Below are positions 37,662 to 43,860 of a DNA stretch of 43,860 bases, one piece after another. This stretch comes from Actinomycetota bacterium. Its GTDB lineage: Bacteria > Actinomycetota > Acidimicrobiia > Spongiisociales > UBA4744. The translations under genes and the position numbers were made by a program. The notes below the pieces were generated by a model, which had not been told where the DNA came from, did no database searches, and saw only the letters and a program-made list of their open reading frames with translations. Position 1 is the stretch's first letter; each line of letters begins with the position of its first letter. The stretch spans positions 1 through 43,860 of the forward strand of contig JAADGS010000035.1 in NCBI GenBank assembly GCA_013152275.1. The letters are read 5' to 3'.

Positions 37662-39107
37662 GTGGAGCGTCGAGGTGTCTTCATCGCCGGGGACTGGGCG
37701 GGATCGGGGCCGCCGGTCGAGATTCGTGATCCCGCGGATGCTCGTGTTGTCGTCGCGACGGTCATGACCGGATCGCCCGATGATCTCCGAAATGCGGTCG
37801 CAGCCGCCCAGGCGGCGGTCTCCTGGCAGGTGACGTCCCCTCAGGAGCGCGCCGGCTACCTGTCGACGGCCGCCCGGCTGCTGCGCGAACGGGCGGAAAG
37901 GATCGCGGCCGAACTGGTCTCGGAGGAGGGCAAGACGCTCCGCGAAGCCGGCGGAGAGGTCATCCGGTCCGCCGCCACCCTCGAATACCACGCCGGTCAA
38001 GCCCTCCGGGCCCAAGGTGAGGTGCTCGCTCCGATCCGGCCGGGGGCGTTGACCGTGACGCGGCGCCGACCGGTGGGACCGGTGGCGGTGATCTCACCGT
38101 TCAACTTCCCGATGCTGGTTCCCGCATGGAAGATCGGGCCGGCGCTGGCCCACGGCAACACCGTCGTCTGGAAGCCTTCTTCACTGACACCCCTGACCGC
38201 CATCAACTTGACAGAAGCGTTCCACGACGCCGGTCTTCCCCCCGGTGTACTCAACATGGTGGTGGCCTCCGGCAAGGCCGCGGCAGGGAGCCTCATCGGT
38301 GCTCCCGGTATCAAGGCGTTGACATTCACCGGTTCCACCACGGCCGGACGCACCATCCAAGCGCGCCTCGGCGGGCTCGACACCAGAGTGCAGCTCGAGA
38401 TGGGGGGGAACAACGCGGCGATCGTGTTCGACGGCGTCGACGTTGCCCAGGTGGCGGCCGAGATCATCAAGGGAGCGCTGGCGGGATCGGGTCAGCGCTG
38501 CACCGGAATCCGGCGTGTCATCATCGCCGGTCGGGTCGCGGGAATCGAGGACGCGTTGGTGGCAGAAGCCGGCAGGTGGCGCGTCGGACCGGGGATGGAC
38601 CCGAACTCCGACATGGGCCCGCTGGTGAGCGCCGCGGCCCGGCGTGATGTCCTCGCCGGGCTGGAGCGGCTGGTGGGGGCAGGTGCCACGATCGTCACGG
38701 CGGACCGTACGGTCGAGGACGAGGTTTGGGAGCATGGCCATTTCGTGGCGCCGGCGATTGTCTCCAATCTGGATCCGGACGACGATCTGGCGTGCGAGGA
38801 GATCTTCGGTCCCGTCTTGAGCCTGTATCGGGCGGATACTCGGGACGAAGCCTTCCGACTGGCCAACGCCACCCCGTTCGGGCTCTCCCATGCCGTGTTC
38901 TCTCCCGAGATCGACGATGCCCTCGCCGCGGCGGATTCCCTCGAGGCGGGCATGGTCCATGTGAATGCGTCAGGCGGGGTCGCCCCCCACGTTCCCTTCG
39001 TCGGGTGGGGTGATTCCGGGTTCGGTCCGGCCGAGCAAGGCGAGACCGCCGTCGAATTCTTTACGCGAACTCAGGTCATCAATGTTCACGGTGCCCGGTT
39101 TGTCTGA
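37662..39107 (+). CDS. Aldehyde dehydrogenase
   Basis: SPFNFP, FTGST, LEMGG, GQRCT (catalytic Cys) and EEIFGP. Confidence 0.92.
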   Translation: MERRGVFIAGDWAGSGPPVEIRDPADARVVVATVMTGSPDDLRNAVAAAQAAVSWQVTSPQERAGYLSTAARLLRERAERIAAELVSEEGKTLREAGGEVIRSAATLEYHAGQALRAQGEVLAPIRPGALTVTRRRPVGPVAVISPFNFPMLVPAWKIGPALAHGNTVVWKPSSLTPLTAINLTEAFHDAGLPPGVLNMVVASGKAAAGSLIGAPGIKALTFTGSTTAGRTIQARLGGLDTRVQLEMGGNNAAIVFDGVDVAQVAAEIIKGALAGSGQRCTGIRRVIIAGRVAGIEDALVAEAGRWRVGPGMDPNSDMGPLVSAAARRDVLAGLERLVGAGATIVTADRTVEDEVWEHGHFVAPAIVSNLDPDDDLACEEIFGPVLSLYRADTRDEAFRLANATPFGLSHAVFSPEIDDALAAADSLEAGMVHVNASGGVAPHVPFVGWGDSGFGPAEQGETAVEFFTRTQVINVHGARFV

Positions 39108-39912
39108 GTCCGCCGTGGCACTTCTCGGAGCCGGCCGTTACCGGACCGTCCTGTTCGATCTCGACGGCACCGTATACATCGACGGCAAGGCGCTTCCGGG
39201 CGTCCCCGCCTTTGTGGAGGAGGCGCGCCGAGCGGGGCATCGAGTCGGCTTTCTCACCAACATGTCCTATCGATCCCGGGAGTGGTGCTTGGACGTCCTC
39301 CACCAGGTCCAGGTCGAAGCGAAACCGGATGAACTGATAACCACCGTGGACGTGATGGTGGAAGTTCTCCGCTCCAGAGGGATGAAGAAGGTGGCCGCCA
39401 TCGGCTCAGACGAGTTCCGGTCGCAACTCTCCCGGGCGGGGGTGCAGGTCGGAGACCTTCTCGCGGGGCCGATCCACGATCCGGATGCACTCGTTGTCGG
39501 AATGTGGCCGGGAGCCTCCCGGGAGTCGATCGCCGCTGCGGTCGGCCTGATCAGCAACGCGGTTCCGGTCTTCGCGACGTCGGGAGTCGGATCGTTGCCC
39601 ACCTCGAACGGGTTGGTGTCGGGAGCGGCCGGCATCGTCCGTCGACTCCGGGAGGGCTCCGGCATGCCGGTGACGATCACCGGGAAACCGGGTCGACTCT
39701 TCAGCGATGTCGTCAAGCGTCGTCTCGACCTCGTCGATCCGGTGCTGGTGGTCGGAGACACCATCGAGGTCGACATCGTCATGGCAGACAGCAACGGTTG
39801 GGACTCGCTGCTGGTGCTCACCGGTGCCTCCAGCGACCACCAGGCCCAGGCGATGACGGGGGGAGGAGGGCCCACGTATGTCGCACGCACGCTCGACGAC
39901 GTCGAGATGTGA
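39100..39912 (+). CDS. HAD-IIA family phosphatase
   Basis: DLDGT, LTN, GKP and GDTIEVD. Start uncertain (TTG 39100 or ATG 39082). Confidence 0.85.
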   Translation: MSESAVALLGAGRYRTVLFDLDGTVYIDGKALPGVPAFVEEARRAGHRVGFLTNMSYRSREWCLDVLHQVQVEAKPDELITTVDVMVEVLRSRGMKKVAAIGSDEFRSQLSRAGVQVGDLLAGPIHDPDALVVGMWPGASRESIAAAVGLISNAVPVFATSGVGSLPTSNGLVSGAAGIVRRLREGSGMPVTITGKPGRLFSDVVKRRLDLVDPVLVVGDTIEVDIVMADSNGWDSLLVLTGASSDHQAQAMTGGGGPTYVARTLDDVEM

Positions 39913-40005
39913 GAGATCCGGCCGGTGCTCGTCACCGTTTCGGCTGCCGGTGTGGCTGCCGTCCGGGACGGTTGACGGCGACGGTGTTGGTAGTTCCTGT
40001 GGTCT

Positions 40006-40043
40006 AATATTATTGTGGCAATAACAATCACAGTAGGAATAAT
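40006..40043. promoter_or_regulatory. Tandem putative autoregulatory MarR operators
   Basis: AATATTATTGTGGCAATAAC and ACAATCACAGTAGGAATAAT, offset by 18 bp, directly before marR. Confidence 0.6.
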
Positions 40044-40052
40044 CAACACACC

Positions 40053-40523
40053 ATGATGAATCAAGAATATGACCCACTCGAGCGGGGTTTCGAGCGCTCG
40101 GTTCCGATGATGTTCTACCGGGCACTGGACGCGGTCCTTCCCCCGTTCCGGGAGATCTTCGCCAAGTTCAACATCACCCAACCCCAGTGGCGTGTTCTCC
40201 GGGTCCTGTGGGACGAGGACGGCCAGAACCTCACCTCGATTGCCGAGCGAACGCTCATCGTGCCCACGGTGCTCGTTGGGATCGTCGACCGGCTCGAGCG
40301 CGATGGCAGGGTCGAACGGCGGCGGTCGCACAAGGACCGACGACGCGTGCACGTTTGCCTGACCGAGAGCGGGCGGGCGCTCAAAGACGATGTGGTGCCG
40401 CTCGTGCGTGACGTCTACGTTCAGTTACAGGCAGCCCTCGAACCGGAAGAGTGGGCAAACCTCTACGACGCCATCGACAAACTCATCGAGGCCGAAAACA
40501 ACGCCCGCGCGACTTCTGTGTGA
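40053..40523 (+). CDS. MarR family regulator, HpaR-like
   Basis: ITQPQWRVLRVL, IVDRLERDG and DRRRVHVCLTESG. Confidence 0.9.
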   Translation: MMNQEYDPLERGFERSVPMMFYRALDAVLPPFREIFAKFNITQPQWRVLRVLWDEDGQNLTSIAERTLIVPTVLVGIVDRLERDGRVERRRSHKDRRRVHVCLTESGRALKDDVVPLVRDVYVQLQAALEPEEWANLYDAIDKLIEAENNARATSV

Positions 40524-40734
40524 CCTCGGACCGACGCGGCGGACATCCGCACGCGTGAGCATCCGATGCTGCACGAGACTGCGTAGGCCGGCCGGTCCGG
40601 CTCGGTTGGCCCCCGGCCCAACGCGATCGGGACACACCGACTGATGAGACGAAGGGGCGGGGCCGAGCGTCTCGCGGGCGCAGGGTTCGCCGCCGGCAAG
40701 ACGGGCGTGCCGACCAAGTGCCGCGTGCAGCCGG

Positions 40735-41367
40735 TCACGGTGACCACTCTCGTTTGTTGATCGCCTCGATGACCTGTCTCGGGGCGATGTGGTTGAGGTA
40801 CCGGTCGGTGGTGGCGAGCGACGCGTGGCCGAGCTGACGCTGAATGATCGGCATCTCGACGCCTTCCATGGCCAGCTCGTAGGCGTGCGTGTGGCGGAAA
40901 CCGTGCGGATGAACCCGCTTGGTGATTCCGGCGGCTTCGGCGAGTCGGCACAGGAGCGTGCGCAGGTAGGAATGGTGCAGGTGGCGCCCCTGCAACGTGC
41001 AGAAGAGTGTCTGCTCGGCTCCGAATCCGAGTGAGGCCCGGCGTTCGAGCCACGCTTGGACGATCCGGCCTCCACCGGAGTCGATGCCGACGGTTCGGCG
41101 ACGATCACCCTTGCCGTGAAGGACGGTGACCGATCCTGCGGCGAGGTCGACGTCCTTGGGCCGCAGGTCGAGGGCTTCGGCGTGACGCAGGCCCGTTCGG
41201 TAGAGGAGCGTGATCAGTGCCCTGTTGCGAAGTCCCAGGGATGAGGTCGTCGGGATTTGGGCGAGGAGCGCCCGCATCTCGTCGGGCGTGAGGATCTCGG
41301 CCGGGTAGGTCTTGCCCTTGTTGGCGGGCGTCCGACCTTTGCGCAGTTGGGAGAACTCGGACCGCAT
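40735..41367 (-). CDS. Short (210 aa) tyrosine recombinase, catalytic domain only
   Basis: TGLRHAE, GKGDRRR, HGFRH, LGH and TDRY provide the full R-K-H-R-H-Y set. ATG lies 6 nt after TACCGT. Confidence 0.88.
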   Translation of the reverse strand: MRSEFSQLRKGRTPANKGKTYPAEILTPDEMRALLAQIPTTSSLGLRNRALITLLYRTGLRHAEALDLRPKDVDLAAGSVTVLHGKGDRRRTVGIDSGGGRIVQAWLERRASLGFGAEQTLFCTLQGRHLHHSYLRTLLCRLAEAAGITKRVHPHGFRHTHAYELAMEGVEMPIIQRQLGHASLATTDRYLNHIAPRQVIEAINKREWSP

Positions 41368-41531
41368 GCCGACACGGTATGGCACGGGTGTGACAGAACC
41401 GCCGCGCCGGTCGGCCGTAGACACCAGATCGCGAAACTCCAGACCGGTGGGTCGATCGTGTGGGCGTATGTTCGCGGGGGCACGTCGTGGGCGGCCGACA
41501 CTCGCAGCATGGGTATGGCACAGCGTATGGC

Positions 41532-41762
41532 ATGAAACATACGACGATCTACCTCCCTGAGGATCTGAAGCGGCGCCTCGAGCAGGTCGCTCGCCGGGAG
41601 CGGCGGACCGAGGCCGACGTGATCCGCGAGGCGTTGGCGGACGCGCCGGCCATGCGGGAGCGTCCCCGACCGACGGTCCCCCTGTCCGAGGCGGGGCTGG
41701 GCGATCCGACGATCGCCGAACGGGTCGATGAGCTGCTCGCCGAGGGATTCGGGCGGTCGTGA
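41532..41762 (+). CDS. vapB: Ribbon-helix-helix (CopG-like) antitoxin
   Basis: MKHTTIYLPEDLKRRL...ADVIREAL; GTGA overlap with the PIN gene. Confidence 0.82.
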   Translation: MKHTTIYLPEDLKRRLEQVARRERRTEADVIREALADAPAMRERPRPTVPLSEAGLGDPTIAERVDELLAEGFGRS

Positions 41763-42178
41763 TCATCCTCGAAACCAGCGGTGTGCTCGCCGCGCCGTTC
41801 CCCGACCAGCGGGACCATGCGAGCGCCCGCGCTGCGCTCGAGGCAGCCGACGGTCCCCTTGTGCTGTCACCCTTCGTCTTGGCCGAGCTGGGCTACTTCG
41901 TTGCGGGCAGGGCCGGCGTCGACATCGAGCAGCGCCTGCTCGCCGACGTCGCTGCCGGCGCGTACACGCTCGCCTCCTTCGGATCTGCCGACGTGGCTGC
42001 GGCGAGCGAGGTGATCGCACGGTACGCAGATCTTGGTCTCGGCCTCACGGATGCTTCGTTGGTTGTGCTCGCCGACCGGTTCGACACCGATCGGATCCTC
42101 ACGCTGGACCACCGACGGTTCCGGACGGTGACGGGCAGGGCGGGGAAGCCGTTCCGGCTGCTGCCGGCCGACGCTTGA
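41759..42178 (+). CDS. vapC: PIN-domain toxin
   Basis: 139 aa with IILETS, VLAELGY, LTDAS and TLDHRRF. Confidence 0.85.
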   Translation: MIILETSGVLAAPFPDQRDHASARAALEAADGPLVLSPFVLAELGYFVAGRAGVDIEQRLLADVAAGAYTLASFGSADVAAASEVIARYADLGLGLTDASLVVLADRFDTDRILTLDHRRFRTVTGRAGKPFRLLPADA

Positions 42179-42307
42179 AACCGCTGCACCGGAGATCGTG
42201 ATGTCGGTCATCGAGTGTCGATGGGCGCGGGCTGTTGCTGTCCATCGACGCCGCACCTGTGGTCGCAGCAGCGGCAGAGAACCCGCGCAGGACGCGGAGG
42301 TCACCCG

Positions 42308-43612
42308 TCACCAAGGTCTGCGGGCGATCGCCTCGATCGGTTTCATGCCCTGTCCGAATCGGGCAATGGCCTCGCGGTTCTTCTTCAGCTCGCTGTAGGC
42401 GATGAAGTGAACGTCCAACACATCGACCACGTGGCTGAAGGCGGGACGCTTCAACTGGTCCCGAGCTGCAGCCTCGCGGGAATCGGGGGCGACCAGGAAC
42501 AGCGACAGCCGGTCGTGTTTCAGGCCGAGCGCCAGGTCCGACATCCGCAGGATCCCGGAGTAGATCGAGGTCGTATGCTCGACCTCGAAGGCGGCTACGA
42601 CGCGGCCGGTCGTCGAGTCGACCCAGAGCACGTCGATCAGCCGGATCGCATCGAATGACGGCGTCTCCTCCAACGCGTTCGGGAGGCATTCGAGGCAGCC
42701 GTCGGCCAGGCGCCCTCCGTCGTAGTGACGGTTCACGTCGTTGGCGGCGATCCACACGTCGAATCCCACGGCTTTCCCCAGATCCCGTAGCCATCCCTGG
42801 ATCTCGGTATGGGTGAGGTCCTCCTCGTGGGCGGCCTGAATCGCGCGGTCGGCGCGGTCCGACTCGGCACGGACCCGGGCGAGGTCCTCCTCCCATCGAG
42901 CACGCGCCGCGTCATCCAACTCGCGCGGCGGTGGCGGATACCTCCCGGAGCCGACATCGAACAAGAAACCGCCGATCGCCCCGAGGTCGTTGGAGAGAAG
43001 ATCCCTGTACTTCGAATTCAGCTCCAGGATGCCGAGGCGCATGGCAAGGTACCCGTCCCAGCGGCCCATCCTCACTTTCGCCCCGGTCACGGCGTTGTAG
43101 CCCTTCACGATCGCGGTATTGAAAGGCGGGACCACGGTCGGGTGGAGAAAGTAGAGGATGTTGGAGGCGGCGGGACCGAGACCCTTGATCGCTGCGCGAT
43201 CCAGGGTCCGGATGGCCCCAAGGACCTCCGACTCCTCGCCGGAGCAGCAGGCGCACGTCTGGAGGAACCGGCCGAAAGCGAGCTGGTTCGCGCGATTCTC
43301 GTAGATGTCGGGGATACGTAGTTTCGGTTTCCAGAGGAAGGCGTGGTCGGCGCCCCGGAAGATCTGCCTCTGTTCGGCGATGGACTTCACGACCGTTTCG
43401 AGCGAGGAGCCCTTGTAGACGTTCCCGAACGTGCCTGCTTCGATCTCGTCGACCACGGCGGAAATGCCCTGCCCGATGGAACGGAAGTTCTTCAGCCGCT
43501 CTTCCCAGAGGAACCAGGTGCGGTAGGTGCCCAGCGGGTCCTCTCGCCAACGAGTGAGGAGACGCCGAAGGGGGTCGATCTCGGAGAGTGGCGGGTCGGT
43601 CGGGTCGTTCAA
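42308..43612 (-). CDS. Restriction-endonuclease-like protein (C-terminal PD-(D/E)xK-variant domain)
   Basis: RBS GAGGAG before TTG; HTEIQ, IDVLW and AFEVEHTTSIYSGILR resemble the D..ExE variant of the nuclease fold. Confidence 0.6.
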   Translation of the reverse strand: MNDPTDPPLSEIDPLRRLLTRWREDPLGTYRTWFLWEERLKNFRSIGQGISAVVDEIEAGTFGNVYKGSSLETVVKSIAEQRQIFRGADHAFLWKPKLRIPDIYENRANQLAFGRFLQTCACCSGEESEVLGAIRTLDRAAIKGLGPAASNILYFLHPTVVPPFNTAIVKGYNAVTGAKVRMGRWDGYLAMRLGILELNSKYRDLLSNDLGAIGGFLFDVGSGRYPPPPRELDDAARARWEEDLARVRAESDRADRAIQAAHEEDLTHTEIQGWLRDLGKAVGFDVWIAANDVNRHYDGGRLADGCLECLPNALEETPSFDAIRLIDVLWVDSTTGRVVAAFEVEHTTSIYSGILRMSDLALGLKHDRLSLFLVAPDSREAAARDQLKRPAFSHVVDVLDVHFIAYSELKKNREAIARFGQGMKPIEAIARRPW

Positions 43613-43860
43613 CTTGCTCCTCTACGAACCATGAAATGGCATGGCAGATGCCAGTCGGAGAGTACACCGCCCGTCCGCCTTATGACCGTGAACGTGTCCA
43701 TCCATTCGAGTGCCGGGTCCTTCGTCGTGGCAGAAGGCGGAGCCCTTGATGCCGTGCTTTCCCGGTCCGTGTCGGCGGCACTCTCTGGGTATGTCGCATC
43801 TTGTCGCGACAGTCGCCGCTGTCTTCGCTTGGGTGGTTTGCAGCGTCGGGCTTCGGACGG

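Noticed and set aside
40640..40675. CTGATGA hammerhead-like core
   Set aside because: No GAAA follows a stem II and no compatible stems I/III were found.
23950..40735. The catabolic cluster as an integrative element mobilised by the adjacent recombinase
   Set aside because: No flanking direct repeats, tRNA target or transfer genes were seen by eye.
472..43667. Many long antisense or alternate-frame ORFs (for example 472-1590, 24289-25848, 28545-29993, 31356-32819)
   Set aside because: They are shadow ORFs typical of high-GC DNA; they overlap well-supported genes and lack motifs.
43682..43860. ATG-started frame open to the window end
   Set aside because: It has no RBS or recognisable motif and is too short to judge.

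Overview
High-GC bacterial genomic DNA, probably Actinomycetota. Thr-rich lipoprotein linkers and apparently leaderless genes suggest Acidimicrobiia, but this is inference only. The window has five blocks. (1) 1-11341: a + strand catabolic operon with DhaL-like kinase subunit, L-fucose-isomerase-like protein, YnjBCD-like ABC transporter, LacD-like aldolase, nucleoside hydrolase, nucleoside phosphorylase and AcoAB-like E1 pair. (2) 11442-20789: a myo-inositol (iol) locus with a LacI regulator, two perfect TTGGAACGTTCCAA operators and two to three internally deleted gene remnants. (3) 20939-23949: a RecQ-PRTase helicase plus DprA-like pair. (4) 24273-40523: a 16 kb cluster, apparently controlled by a MarR protein. 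It combines a split PEP-synthase-like kinase (phenylphosphate synthase/CreHI/HpeHI type), two HAD-IIA phosphatases, a ThDP E1 pair with a stand-alone lipoyl carrier and no E2/E3, a serine hydrolase, SDR, VOC protein, ALDH and a Liv-type ABC importer. This is the best candidate for an undescribed system: a phosphorylation-dependent catabolic pathway. (5) 40735-43612: a catalytic-domain-only tyrosine recombinase, a VapBC-type module and an orphan restriction-endonuclease-like gene. No rRNA, tRNA or CRISPR array was recognised. All calls come from motif recognition by eye; no database searches were run.
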